Positions 1-9,392 of a stretch of DNA of 64,000 nucleotides are shown here, in pieces (position 1 is the first letter of the stretch; every line of letters begins with the position of its first letter). A model generated the notes under the pieces. It saw only the letters and a list, made by a program, of their open reading frames with translations, did no database searches and was not told the origin of the DNA. The stretch spans positions 30,106-94,105 of the forward strand of contig JAFCCL010000005.1 of NCBI GenBank assembly GCA_017610205.1. The letters are read 5' to 3'. The DNA comes from Candidatus Iainarchaeum sp. GTDB taxonomy: Archaea; Iainarchaeota; Iainarchaeia; Iainarchaeales; GCA-2688035. The position numbers were made by a program, and so were the translations under genes.

Positions 1-12
1 TTATTCCTTTCC

Positions 13-435
13 TCATGCTTTCCACACCCTTACTCCAAGGTCAACAGTACTTCCAATCAAATCATCCATAAATGCTTTCCTTTTTATTTCGACAAAATCC
101 TCGTTACCCAAAATGCTTTCACCTGCAAGAGTCAACTGGTCTATATTATACTTATATCCTGAATCCGTCAAAAAACCAGTTATTTTTGTAAAATCAGCGC
201 CTGTATCAACACAGTTCATCAAATGCCCGCCTAGACCATCACTGCATGTTGTTTCATTGCTTGAAACAATAAGGTTTGCTGCAATTTTTGCAACGTTTCT
301 CATTTCGTTGTACATTCTTTCCTCTTTCATATTGTAGGTGTTAAATTCTGTTGCCTGAATCAATAAACCTACGGCTGCCATTATTACAACCATTGAAATC
401 AGAAAATCCAGTGAAAATATTTGTCCTTTTTTCAT
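13..435 (-). CDS. class III signal peptide (pilin-like) protein
   Basis: N-terminus MKKGQ-IFSLDF followed by a hydrophobic helix. Confidence 0.75.
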   Translation of the reverse strand: MKKGQIFSLDFLISMVVIMAAVGLLIQATEFNTYNMKEERMYNEMRNVAKIAANLIVSSNETTCSDGLGGHLMNCVDTGADFTKITGFLTDSGYKYNIDQLTLAGESILGNEDFVEIKRKAFMDDLIGSTVDLGVRVWKA

Positions 436-440
436 TCAAA

Positions 441-872
441 TCACGTTTTTGTTATTGCAAGCCTTTCGCCGCATTCAATTTCAGTTGGAACCTTCATTAA
501 AGGCGGAACAACATATTGCTTTGTAACATTTACCTGAGTGCTTGTTCCTGTTTCAAGGTCAAAAATGTTGTAAAACAAGGTAATAGTTCCTGTCGTGTCA
601 TCTATTGCAATTGTACATGGTTGTGGTGTTTCCTCTCCTGGCACCAAAAGGAACGGGACATCAAAGTAAATGCTTGCTGTTGCAGAATCGTTGAGCACTG
701 CGGAATTTGAGATAACTGCTGACAAGCCGTTTCCTATGTTATTCAACTGCTGCCTTATGCTTGCCTGCGATTGCATTTCTCCTATTTGTGTATTAACTGC
801 AATAACTCCTCCTATTGCAAAAAATCCTATTGTTATTGCAAGAATTAAATCCAGTGAAATTTGCCCGCGCAT
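441..872 (-). CDS. class III signal peptide (pilin-like) protein
   Basis: MRGQ-ISLDL followed by a hydrophobic helix. Confidence 0.75.
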   Translation of the reverse strand: MRGQISLDLILAITIGFFAIGGVIAVNTQIGEMQSQASIRQQLNNIGNGLSAVISNSAVLNDSATASIYFDVPFLLVPGEETPQPCTIAIDDTTGTITLFYNIFDLETGTSTQVNVTKQYVVPPLMKVPTEIECGERLAITKT

Positions 873-905
873 TCATTCTATTATAAGTTTAGTGATATTT
901 AAAGA

Positions 906-2420
906 TTAGTATTGCAAAAGGCTTTTTCCAGTCATTTCTTTGGGCTTTTTAATATTCATTATTTTTAAAACAGTTGGGGCAATGTCTTTTAGCCCTCCGT
1001 TTTTCTTAAGTTTGCAGTTTCTAATCTTTTTGTCTGCTGAAACAATTATGAGTGGAACCTTGTTTATTGTATGAGACGTAGCCCATTTGGGGCTTTGGTC
1101 TTCAAGGTTTCCGTGGTCTGCAAACACAAGCAAAGTGTAATCTTTTTCAAGCCCTGCCTTAACTATTTTTCCAAGGCATTTGTCAACTGTTTCAGCAGCT
1201 TTTACACAGGCTTTCCAGATTCCTGTGTGTCCCACGAGATCTCCGTTGACAAGGTTTACAACAATGAATCCAAATTTTCTTTTGTTTATTTCTGCAACAA
1301 GCTTTTCAGTAACCTTGAAAGCACTCATCTCTGGCTTAAGGTCGTAAGTTGCAACTTTTGGAGAATTGATAAGAATCCTTTCTTCTCCCTTTTCTGGTTT
1401 TTCCTTTTGGCCGTTGAAGAAAAATGTCACGTGTGCATATTTTTCTGTTTCAGAAATTCTCAGCTGGCTTACTCCTTTTCTGCTCAGCACCTGCCCCAAA
1501 AGCTTTTCATGCACTATTCCTTCAAATGCAACTTCTGCATTCATTGGCTTGTAATATGATGTCATTGCAACAAACAGGGCATGCAACGGCTTCCTTTTCC
1601 AGCCTTCAAATTTATTTTCAACAATTGCTTTGGTTAACTGCCTTGTCCTATCAGTTCTAAAGTTGAAGAAAACAACACTGTCCTTGTTCTTTATTCCTTC
1701 ATAGCCTTTTCTTTTCTCGGGTTTTATGAACTCGTCTGTTTCTCCTTTTTTATAGCATTCAAGCAGTGCATTTTCAGGATTTTCAAATTCACATTCAGAT
1801 TTTCCAAGGACAATGCAATCATATGCCTTTTTTGTCCTGTTCCATCTTTTATCCCTATCCATTGCATAATATCTTCCGGAAATTGTTGCAATTTTTCCGG
1901 TTCCAATCTCTTTAATTTTGCGCCTAAGTTTTTTCAAATGCACGATTCCGTTTTTAGGAGGCGCGTCTCTTCCATCTATTATTGCATGAACAAGCACTTT
2001 TTTGAGTCCTTTTCTTTTGCAGAGTTTAAGCAATGCATACAAATGATTTTCGTGTGAATGAACGCCTTCGCTTTGAAGCAATCCCATCAAGTGCATTGTG
2101 CTCTTGTTCTTTTTGCAGTTTTTAACTGCCTTTAGAAATGCCTTGTTTTTGAAAAATTCTCCCGATTCAATTGCCTTGTTTATTCTAATCATCGGCTGTA
2201 AAATTATTCTTCCGCTTCCAATTGTTAAATGTCCAACCTCGCTGTTTCCCTGAAATCCTTTTGGAAGGCCAACAGCTTGCCCTGAAGTATTTAACAGAGT
2301 GTGCGAGTATTTTCTTGTAAGCATGTCAGTATTTTTTGTGTCGGCTGCCTTAATTGCATTCTTTTCTTTTTTTTGGTTAAATCCCCATCCATCCCTTATT
2401 ACCAGAATAACTTTTTTCAT
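906..2420 (-). CDS. gpmI: 2,3-bisphosphoglycerate-independent phosphoglycerate mutase
   Basis: DGWG, GNSEVGH, GRYYAMDRD, ETEKYAHVTFF, DLVGHTG and ADHGN motifs; 504 aa. Confidence 0.97.
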   Translation of the reverse strand: MKKVILVIRDGWGFNQKKEKNAIKAADTKNTDMLTRKYSHTLLNTSGQAVGLPKGFQGNSEVGHLTIGSGRIILQPMIRINKAIESGEFFKNKAFLKAVKNCKKNKSTMHLMGLLQSEGVHSHENHLYALLKLCKRKGLKKVLVHAIIDGRDAPPKNGIVHLKKLRRKIKEIGTGKIATISGRYYAMDRDKRWNRTKKAYDCIVLGKSECEFENPENALLECYKKGETDEFIKPEKRKGYEGIKNKDSVVFFNFRTDRTRQLTKAIVENKFEGWKRKPLHALFVAMTSYYKPMNAEVAFEGIVHEKLLGQVLSRKGVSQLRISETEKYAHVTFFFNGQKEKPEKGEERILINSPKVATYDLKPEMSAFKVTEKLVAEINKRKFGFIVVNLVNGDLVGHTGIWKACVKAAETVDKCLGKIVKAGLEKDYTLLVFADHGNLEDQSPKWATSHTINKVPLIIVSADKKIRNCKLKKNGGLKDIAPTVLKIMNIKKPKEMTGKSLLQY

Positions 2421-2458
2421 TCAATCACTTTTCCTGTTTCCAACTTCCTGTTTCTCAT
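2417..2458 (-). CDS. 13-aa mini-ORF MRNRKLETGKVIE formed by junction duplication
   Basis: ATGA overlaps with the JAMM stop and the gpmI start; CATTCAATCACTTT repeated at 2418 and 2456. Confidence 0.4.
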   Translation of the reverse strand: MRNRKLETGKVIE

Positions 2459-2823
2459 TCAATCACTTTCATTTCAATTTCTTTGCCTGTTTTGTTAAAT
2501 GCCTTAAAGGAATCAAAATTAAATGGGCTGGCAATAATTAAATGAATTTCACCCATTGCCCGAAAAGCCCTTAAGTCAGCTCTGCTTGGCATTGCCCTGC
2601 CTATTGGGTGTGAGTGTACGCTTCCTACAATGTTGTTGTCGTATGGAACCAAATCAAGCCTTATGGTGCTGAATGTTTTTCCATAAATTGCCGGAAGCAA
2701 AACATATTCATCAATTACACCGTTTTTTTTCTTGCTTGAAAGCAATGCCAAAAATTCGTCAGGAAAAGTATTTTTTGCCGCAAGTGAGATTGCTTCAAGT
2801 GTTCTGCTTTTAATAGATGCCAT
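2455..2823 (-). CDS. JAMM/MPN+ (Mov34) metalloprotease
   Basis: E...HSHP-x(7)-D JAMM motif (HSHPIGRAMPSRAD). Confidence 0.9.
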   Translation of the reverse strand: MASIKSRTLEAISLAAKNTFPDEFLALLSSKKKNGVIDEYVLLPAIYGKTFSTIRLDLVPYDNNIVGSVHSHPIGRAMPSRADLRAFRAMGEIHLIIASPFNFDSFKAFNKTGKEIEMKVIE

Positions 2824-2877
2824 TGTATGCCTTAAGACAAAACTCTTATTTTAACCTATTTGTTGCCTAAACCTTTT

Positions 2878-4074
2878 TCACCAAAATGGCAGATAACGTA
2901 TTATTGTTGGAACCATTAGGAAAGCCATTGAGTTTGACCTTTTAATTCCCAAATTTGCAGCAGCCAATCCTGTCAATGCTGCAACAGAGTAAAAGGCAAT
3001 TCCAAGCAATCCTGAAAAGAAAAAAACAAGCGCTGTAACAAAGCACAGTATTGCAAGGTTTGCTTTTCTGTAATTGATTAGTTGCATTAGCTTTAATGCC
3101 TTTGATGCAACAAGGTTTGTTGCAATTGCGCCAAAGCCAAGTGCCAAAAGGCAGGCGCTTGCCACAAGGCCTAATTCCGTTGCTCCAAATGAAGAAACCT
3201 GACTTATTGCCACAGCGCTTCCTGTTCTTGCCTTTCCCAATGCAAACAGTACAAAAAATGAAAAAATCATTGTTGCAGTATTAACTCCGCCTAAAAGAAT
3301 GAGATATTCTTCCTGTTTGATTTTTCCAATTGCTTTTCTTGCAATAAATGCAGCCTGGCTTGCTCCAATTCCCGGAAGTATTGAAACAAGGCTTCCTCCT
3401 GCAAGTGCAAGAAGAGATCCTTTGAACACCCTGCTTTTTTTGATTGAAATTTTTTCACTAACCTGCTCTGCAATTGCAGGCTTTTTGATAATACTGTCAA
3501 TCAATGTGCTTGCTCCGAAAAATCCTGTTGCAAGGCAAAACAAAGGTTCTTTTAGTGGAAGCGCACTGTTTAATGCAATCAATCCAAGCAATCCGCTTGC
3601 AGTAACAATTGTTGCTGTCCAAATAATTTTTCTGCTTTTTTCTGCCAAAATCATTGAGGCAAGAATTGCAATAAGTACAAACGGAATGGCTGTTGAAATA
3701 ATTTCGTATCCGTTGTTTGCTATTGCAACAAAGAAAGGTGAAATTGCAAGAGCGGCAATTCCTGTAAAAAGCCCGCCTGCAACAGTGAGCTTTACTGCTG
3801 TAAGGCCTTTTCCCTGCAAAAGCATTCTGTGTCCTGGAAGTACTCCCAAAAAGGTGTCTGAATCAGGTGCACCAAACAAAATGCTTGGAATAAAATCCAC
3901 AAAAGTGTGCACTACACTCATGCATGCAATGAACACAATAAAAAACTGGTTGTTCAATCCAGGGATTGTAAGTGCAACAAGCGAAATTGTATTTACATGC
4001 AGTCCTGGTACAAGCCCTGTTGCAATTCCGGCAAAGCAGCCGCCTACTGCTGCCAAAAGCACCCCTATTTCCAT
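2878..4074 (-). CDS. TctA-like (DUF112) tripartite tricarboxylate transporter family membrane protein
   Basis: GLVPGLHVN, FIPSILFGAP, LPGHRML and LPGIG motifs; polytopic. Confidence 0.85.
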   Translation of the reverse strand: MEIGVLLAAVGGCFAGIATGLVPGLHVNTISLVALTIPGLNNQFFIVFIACMSVVHTFVDFIPSILFGAPDSDTFLGVLPGHRMLLQGKGLTAVKLTVAGGLFTGIAALAISPFFVAIANNGYEIISTAIPFVLIAILASMILAEKSRKIIWTATIVTASGLLGLIALNSALPLKEPLFCLATGFFGASTLIDSIIKKPAIAEQVSEKISIKKSRVFKGSLLALAGGSLVSILPGIGASQAAFIARKAIGKIKQEEYLILLGGVNTATMIFSFFVLFALGKARTGSAVAISQVSSFGATELGLVASACLLALGFGAIATNLVASKALKLMQLINYRKANLAILCFVTALVFFFSGLLGIAFYSVAALTGLAAANLGIKRSNSMAFLMVPTIIRYLPFW

Positions 4075-4158
4075 TCATTCACCTTTTTCCACCTCTGCCT
4101 TATTTCCATTCATTCACCTTTTCCAGCCTTTGCCTTATTTCCATTCACTCACCTTTTC
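4066..4158. repeat. 35-bp tandem repeat (~2.7 copies) of the OB-fold/TctA stop-start junction
   Basis: TATTTCCATTCA(T/C)TCACCTTTT at 4066, 4101 and 4136. Confidence 0.9.
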
Positions 4159-4488
4159 AACAACAAGTTCGAGTTCTCCTTTGTAAATTTGAATTTTTCC
4201 TTCAAGGATTGCAATCATTCCTTTTTCAAGCTGGGGGAATTTTTCAGCTTCAAACGAAATTGCCTTTATTTTTCCTGTTCCGTCATAAAGCTGCATAAAT
4301 GCAATGCCCTGCCTTTGGCTAAATGATTCAATTCTTGCCTTTACCTTTACATACAAGCCTTGGTCCTCTGCCTTTATTTCCAAAATTTTCAGCTCTTTTG
4401 GTTCAATTGTTTCAGAGGTTGCAAAAAGAAGTGCAATTCCAATAATTGAAGCAAGCAATGCAATAAGCGCAATTCTTTCCTGCTTCAT
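4135..4488 (-). CDS. membrane-anchored OB-fold nucleic acid-binding protein
   Basis: N-terminal TM helix; LYDGTGKIKAI...GKIQIYKGELEL OB-fold pattern. Confidence 0.75.
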   Translation of the reverse strand: MKQERIALIALLASIIGIALLFATSETIEPKELKILEIKAEDQGLYVKVKARIESFSQRQGIAFMQLYDGTGKIKAISFEAEKFPQLEKGMIAILEGKIQIYKGELELVVEKVSEWK

Positions 4489-4550
4489 AATTTAGGCTTG
4501 TCCTTGCCTGTGCTTAAAAAAAGTTTTGTTTTTTCGCTTTTCAACGAAAG

Positions 4551-4919
4551 CTAGCTGCAGTTAGCTGAATTATTTTGTACTATGCTTACAGTGTCTGGTT
4601 CATAACCTGTTGTGTTTTCCACAATCTCTTCTATGGCGTCAGTGTCAAGGATATTGTCTACCGGGTCAAGCATTATGCAAAAGCATATTACTTCTGTTCC
4701 TCCAGCACAACTTGTTTCTGCTTTGTATCCTATTTCTTCTATAAAATATTGGTAGTTGGTTGCGTCAAGCTGTTTCAGTGTTTCAACTTCTATTATTTCC
4801 AAAGCCATTGTAGGGCTCATTATTCTTGTGTAGTATCCTAAAACGCTTATGCTCATCATTATGATAATGCTTGCAAGAAGCAGTGTTTCAATGCTTACCT
4901 GTCCTTTTTCTTTTTTCAT
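4551..4919 (-). CDS. class III signal peptide (pilin-like) protein
   Basis: KGQVSIE motif plus hydrophobic helix. Confidence 0.8.
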   Translation of the reverse strand: MKKEKGQVSIETLLLASIIIMMSISVLGYYTRIMSPTMALEIIEVETLKQLDATNYQYFIEEIGYKAETSCAGGTEVICFCIMLDPVDNILDTDAIEEIVENTTGYEPDTVSIVQNNSANCS

Positions 4920-4925
4920 TGGCTT

Positions 4926-5432
4926 TCAGCTCACTGTAACTCCTGCCAGCCCTCCTTTTTCTACCACAAAATTTTTGAATATTGGTCCTGTGATGTTGAA
5001 TGTGGTGCCTGCTCCGGAAATAAGGCTTATGGTGGAAGTGCATTTGTAACAGGTAGCCGCACCATTTGGGCATTCTCCTGCTGCAATTATCTCAGTACAG
5101 TTTATTTCGTCAGGATTGCCTCCTCCTGCGTCAACATAGGCAATTAATGAAATTTCATCTACTCCTGCAGTGCCGGAAATTTCTGCACCAAATGGTAATA
5201 AAACTCTTATAGTTTTTTTCATGTAGCCGCTTGAAGATTCTGCTTCGTTCAAGGCGTTTGCAAGTTTCATTGCCGAAATCTTTGTGTCTGAAATGTCTTT
5301 GACATCTTCTGCTGCATTTGTTGAATCAAGAACAATTGGCCATACAACGCTTGTTATGTAAAACAATGCAATGGTTATAATTAGTATAAATTCAATGCTT
5401 ACCTGTCCTTTTCTGCTTAAAGCCAAAACCAA
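4926..5432 (-). CDS. class III signal peptide (pilin-like) protein
   Basis: RKGQVSIEF motif. Confidence 0.8.
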   Translation of the reverse strand: MVLALSRKGQVSIEFILIITIALFYITSVVWPIVLDSTNAAEDVKDISDTKISAMKLANALNEAESSSGYMKKTIRVLLPFGAEISGTAGVDEISLIAYVDAGGGNPDEINCTEIIAAGECPNGAATCYKCTSTISLISGAGTTFNITGPIFKNFVVEKGGLAGVTVS

Positions 5433-6535
5433 ATCACGTCTCCTACTATGTTTAATGCAATGTATGCAATCAAAACTGCTGGAACAAAGGGCGCGCTTTC
5501 TTTTACAAGCAACCTGTCAGGAATCCTTTTTTCTTCTGCAAGTTTTTTGAGCCTGCTTATTTGCTTTTCTGTAAGTCCTGCGGCAGATTTGCTTGAAACT
5601 ATTTCTTTTCCCTTTGGTTTCATCAGTTCAATTGCTTTGCCAAACCTATTTGATGCAAAGTACTTAATTAATTTTTTTATTCCCATTTCCTGCACTATTT
5701 TGACCTTTTTTCCATTTTGCACAATGGTTTGTCCAGAAATCATTCCTTCCTCCAATTCTTTAATTTTCACTGGCTTTCTCATCAAAATTTTTGAAAGTGA
5801 GTAAAGCTTTAGCAAAAACCATGTTCCAAGAAGGAAGCAGAACAGGATTGCAAACTCTTCAGCTGCAGTTTTTGCATTAATTGACAGCGCGGCAATTAAT
5901 ACAATGCCTGCCAATGCTGCCCTTGGCTTTTCTGGAACAAACACTGAAGCAAAAAGCAGTGGGAGCACAAGCAATGGTGTTATTTCAAAGAATGAGAGAG
6001 TGGAACCAAAGCCTATTGCAAGGGCTGCAAGTTCAATAATTTCAATTAATCTTTTTTTGAAATCCTGTGCAAATTTTTCTTTTTCAATTTTGTTCTTCAA
6101 AAGCCTTGTTGCTGCAAGAATTGCTCCATATGGAAGCATTGCAAAAAGGCTGAACATAAAAAGCGTTAATGGAAACACTGGAGTGCTTATTGGTGCAAAG
6201 GCTGGGAGGGAAACCATTCCCAGCCTTGAAAGAATTGCAGGATTTACCGGATTTAATGCTGCAAGCCCTGCAAAAAGTTTTACGTCTCCGCCTGCCCAGA
6301 CTCCCATTCTGTAAAGCCAGTATGCTGCTGCAAAAGTTATTGCGGTTACTGCAATTGCCCACGCCAGTATTGTCCAGTCGCCTGCAGCAAATGCAATAAC
6401 CGCGTGGCCTGCAATTCCTATAACTATCATTCCATAGGTTATTTTGTTGCTTATCATTCTTTCCTTAAAATCGGTGTAGGTGCCGTAGCCAAGCCCTGCA
6501 ATTGAAATAAAAAAGAAAAAAAGATAAGGGATCAT
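5417..6535 (-). CDS. A24 prepilin peptidase (EppA-like, extended)
   Basis: YTD and GGDVK aspartates; LEEGMI and PFVPAVLIAY C-terminal motifs. Confidence 0.9.
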   Translation of the reverse strand: MIPYLFFFFISIAGLGYGTYTDFKERMISNKITYGMIVIGIAGHAVIAFAAGDWTILAWAIAVTAITFAAAYWLYRMGVWAGGDVKLFAGLAALNPVNPAILSRLGMVSLPAFAPISTPVFPLTLFMFSLFAMLPYGAILAATRLLKNKIEKEKFAQDFKKRLIEIIELAALAIGFGSTLSFFEITPLLVLPLLFASVFVPEKPRAALAGIVLIAALSINAKTAAEEFAILFCFLLGTWFLLKLYSLSKILMRKPVKIKELEEGMISGQTIVQNGKKVKIVQEMGIKKLIKYFASNRFGKAIELMKPKGKEIVSSKSAAGLTEKQISRLKKLAEEKRIPDRLLVKESAPFVPAVLIAYIALNIVGDVIWFWL

Positions 6536-6549
6536 TTTTTAGGCCCCTG

Positions 6550-6723
6550 TCAGCTTCTCAGCATGGAAGCAATTGTCTGGCTTCTGTACTCAAGGATTCT
6601 TCCCTGTGCTGTCTGTGCAACTGCGCTGATTCCGTCAATAAGCATTGCTGCAACCATTGCAAGCGTTATTCCAAACAACGCCAGTAACAAATACTCTATT
6701 GAAACCTGCGCCTTATTGTCCAT
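6550..6723 (-). CDS. small class III signal peptide pilin
   Basis: MDNKAQVSIEY; start re-assigned to 6723. Confidence 0.75.
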   Translation of the reverse strand: MDNKAQVSIEYLLLALFGITLAMVAAMLIDGISAVAQTAQGRILEYRSQTIASMLRS

Positions 6724-6748
6724 AGAAAAACACTTTGTTACTATGTTG

Positions 6749-7033
6749 TTAATCAACCTCTGCAGCACAACTTGCCATATCTGCTTGACCTGTTGCATCA
6801 GTTAAGCCATCTATCTGTTTTGCAACACAGTTCCAGGTTTCAGAACCGCTTGTAAATCCTGTGTCGGCATTACATACTGCGAACTGGCTGTGGGTTGCGC
6901 ATCGTACGTTTGCCCCTGGATCTGGTGTTGTTCCTGGTATCCCTGTTACAAGTGCTATCACAATTGCTGCTACTAGTACTGCGCCTCCGATTAGGAGAAG
7001 GTATTCCAATGCGCCTTGACCTTTTATATTCAT
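6749..7033 (-). CDS. class III signal peptide pilin (candidate major pilin)
   Basis: KGQGALEYLLLIGGAVLVA; GGAGG RBS upstream. Confidence 0.85.
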   Translation of the reverse strand: MNIKGQGALEYLLLIGGAVLVAAIVIALVTGIPGTTPDPGANVRCATHSQFAVCNADTGFTSGSETWNCVAKQIDGLTDATGQADMASCAAEVD

Positions 7034-7103
7034 TTCATTTTACCTCCTTGAGTTTTGTTTTAATTGTATTTTATTTAATTTTTGTAATTTATAAACGTTT
7101 CTT

Positions 7104-7268
7104 TTAAGGTGTTGCTGCTTCTCCTGCCTTGATGTTTGCCTGGTTTGCTGCTTCTGCCGCTGCATTTTTTAGAAGCACTCCTACAATGCTTACAAGTACT
7201 ATTGCGCCTGCGATTAGTACAAGCATTTCAATGCTTCCCTGAGCCTTTTTCTCTTTTAAAAAACCCAT
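7104..7268 (-). CDS. small class III signal peptide pilin
   Basis: MGFLKEKKAQGSIE; GGTGA RBS. Confidence 0.75.
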   Translation of the reverse strand: MGFLKEKKAQGSIEMLVLIAGAIVLVSIVGVLLKNAAAEAANQANIKAGEAATP

Positions 7269-7284
7269 TTTTTTCACCTTATTA

Positions 7285-8220
7285 TTATACTCCGCCAATC
7301 ATAAGCCCTGATGCAAATGCTGCAATATAGTAGCATATGAATGCTATTAACAAGAGGACTGGGATATATATAAGACTTTTGCTTATTTTTCCCTCTCTTG
7401 TAAGTGCAATCATTGCGCCTGATGCAACAACTTCTATTACTATGTAAATTTGTATTAGTATTACTATAATGTCTTTTGTTGCAACTGCCTGTACGATTTC
7501 AAATTTGCTTTTTACTATTCCTGCAGATGTTGCAATTAGTAATTCTATGACTGTTGTAATCATTCCCATTATGATTGGTGCAACAATTGAGCCTGCTGCA
7601 ACAATGAAAATTACTTGCAGCATTGTTCCGGCAATTCTTTCTCTTCCAATTCTGTGAAGTGCTCTTACGTCATCGGCTATTTCGTCAAGCACGTCAGCCA
7701 GTCCTGCTCCTGCTTTTATTGCGTCGTTTATTATTGCAACTGTTCTTCTTACAAGTACTGAGTCAACGTTTTCGGCAAAACTTGCAAGGCCGTCCTCCAT
7801 GTTTTCCCCTTCTTCCATTTTTCTCAAAACATTTTCCATTTCAAAACTTAGCGGTCCGTATTCTGCAGTTGAAATTTCTCTCAATCCATATTCATAGGTT
7901 CCGCCCGCTTTTAGTGTGTCAGCCAATTGCTTTAATGCATCTGGCAATGCTTCTTCTATGGAATTTATTCTTCGCATTGCAAGTATGTAGGGATACCCAA
8001 GCATGACATCTAGTACAACCAGAAAAATAACAAATGCAACAAGTGGTGAAATTGGCAGACTGAACAAGGCAATTATTCCAAAGACTGCTATTGCTGCTAC
8101 AATTGCGCTTATTGTTGACGCAACCATCCAGGCTACTGCAGGAATTTTGAATTTCACGTCTTTTAGCATGCTTTTGTAATTTTGAAAAAATGCAAATCCC
8201 TCAATTTTTTTCTCGTTCAT
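7285..8220 (-). CDS. type II/IV secretion system F family (TadC-like) platform protein
   Basis: IEEALPDALKQLADTLKAG, YGPLSFE motifs. Confidence 0.9.
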   Translation of the reverse strand: MNEKKIEGFAFFQNYKSMLKDVKFKIPAVAWMVASTISAIVAAIAVFGIIALFSLPISPLVAFVIFLVVLDVMLGYPYILAMRRINSIEEALPDALKQLADTLKAGGTYEYGLREISTAEYGPLSFEMENVLRKMEEGENMEDGLASFAENVDSVLVRRTVAIINDAIKAGAGLADVLDEIADDVRALHRIGRERIAGTMLQVIFIVAAGSIVAPIIMGMITTVIELLIATSAGIVKSKFEIVQAVATKDIIVILIQIYIVIEVVASGAMIALTREGKISKSLIYIPVLLLIAFICYYIAAFASGLMIGGV

Positions 8221-8222
8221 GT

Positions 8223-9392
8223 TTATACCTTTGGTTGTGAGCTTTTTATATAAAATAAAAATATTATTAAAATAAATGGCATTATTACTAAAAAGAATGC
8301 TGCCATTATTGGTATGCCTAGTGGCAGCATTTCAAAGCTTGGCATGCTTGCTTTTATTGGGCTGTTTCTAATGCTTCCAAGTATTGCAACCATTACTGGC
8401 ATTACAATTGCTCCAAATATAAAAACAACTCCGAAAAAGTTCATTCTTTGTCCAAACTCGCTTACTGCAAGCCTTAGGTTGAATGAAACATCTTCAGCTA
8501 TGTCGTTCATACTTTCGCTTAATCTTCCGCCTGTTTTTAATGCTCTTACTATGTGAACAATTGCGCTTCTGAGTGACTTGCTTTGTGTTCTTAATGCAAG
8601 GTGCCTTAGTGCTTCTTGCGTATCAGTTCCTTCTTCTACTTCTGTTATAACTCTTGCAAATTCTTCACTTAATTCTCCATAGTCTGCCATTCCAATTGCC
8701 TGTATTGTTCTGTAAAGTCCTATTCCTGCTCTTATTTCTGTTGCCATGTGCCTTAGTGCAAATGGAAGTTCTAGGCTTACTGCGTTTCCTCTTGCAACTG
8801 CTTTTTGTTTTGGAACAATGAGTATTATTATTGCTGTTATAATGAATGACAGTACTGCGATAAGAATTACTGCAAGTACTCTTGTTACTATTTGAATGTC
8901 CAGAATTGTCATCACTGCTGCTGAAATAAGCAGGCTAATAATGAATACAATTGCTGATGCTGCAACTGTTAGTGCAACATATTGCTTACTGCTGTAATGC
9001 ATATTTGCGCTGTAAAGATAAAAGGTAACCATTTCAAATTCGGGAAATTTTAGTATTACTTTTGCAACCGGTTTCAAAATTCCGCCAAGTTTTAGGTAAA
9101 TTCCCGCCAGCAATTTTACCATTTTGCTTTTGACTTCTCTGAGCTCTTCAATGGTTTGTATTTCAATTTTTGCTCCCATGCCTTCTGCTATAAGGCCTCT
9201 TAGTTCTCTGAGGTTTCCTCCAACCTCTTCAAATTCAACTCCTTCTGCTCTGTATTTTTCACGCATTCTTTTTACAATTTTTTCAACCTTTTCCATGTCA
9301 ACTTCTATTGGTTCGTTTGAACCAGTAGCTCCTTTTTTTCCCTTGGCTTTTTTTTGTGAAATATTGCTTTTCAGTTCGTCAAGTTTTGCCAT
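8223..9392 (-). CDS. type II/IV secretion system F family (TadB-like) platform protein
   Basis: ELPFALRHMATEIRAG, DYGELSEEF motifs. Confidence 0.9.
   Translation of the reverse strand: MAKLDELKSNISQKKAKGKKGATGSNEPIEVDMEKVEKIVKRMREKYRAEGVEFEEVGGNLRELRGLIAEGMGAKIEIQTIEELREVKSKMVKLLAGIYLKLGGILKPVAKVILKFPEFEMVTFYLYSANMHYSSKQYVALTVAASAIVFIISLLISAAVMTILDIQIVTRVLAVILIAVLSFIITAIIILIVPKQKAVARGNAVSLELPFALRHMATEIRAGIGLYRTIQAIGMADYGELSEEFARVITEVEEGTDTQEALRHLALRTQSKSLRSAIVHIVRALKTGGRLSESMNDIAEDVSFNLRLAVSEFGQRMNFFGVVFIFGAIVMPVMVAILGSIRNSPIKASMPSFEMLPLGIPIMAAFFLVIMPFILIIFLFYIKSSQPKV

Noticed and set aside
4066-4158. Possible mini CRISPR array
   Set aside because: Intervening segments are only ~12 bp and similar to each other, there are no cas genes, and junction duplication explains it.
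3299-4186. Long antisense ORFs (e.g. 295 aa opposite TctA, and others in the track)
   Set aside because: They are shadow frames of well-supported genes.
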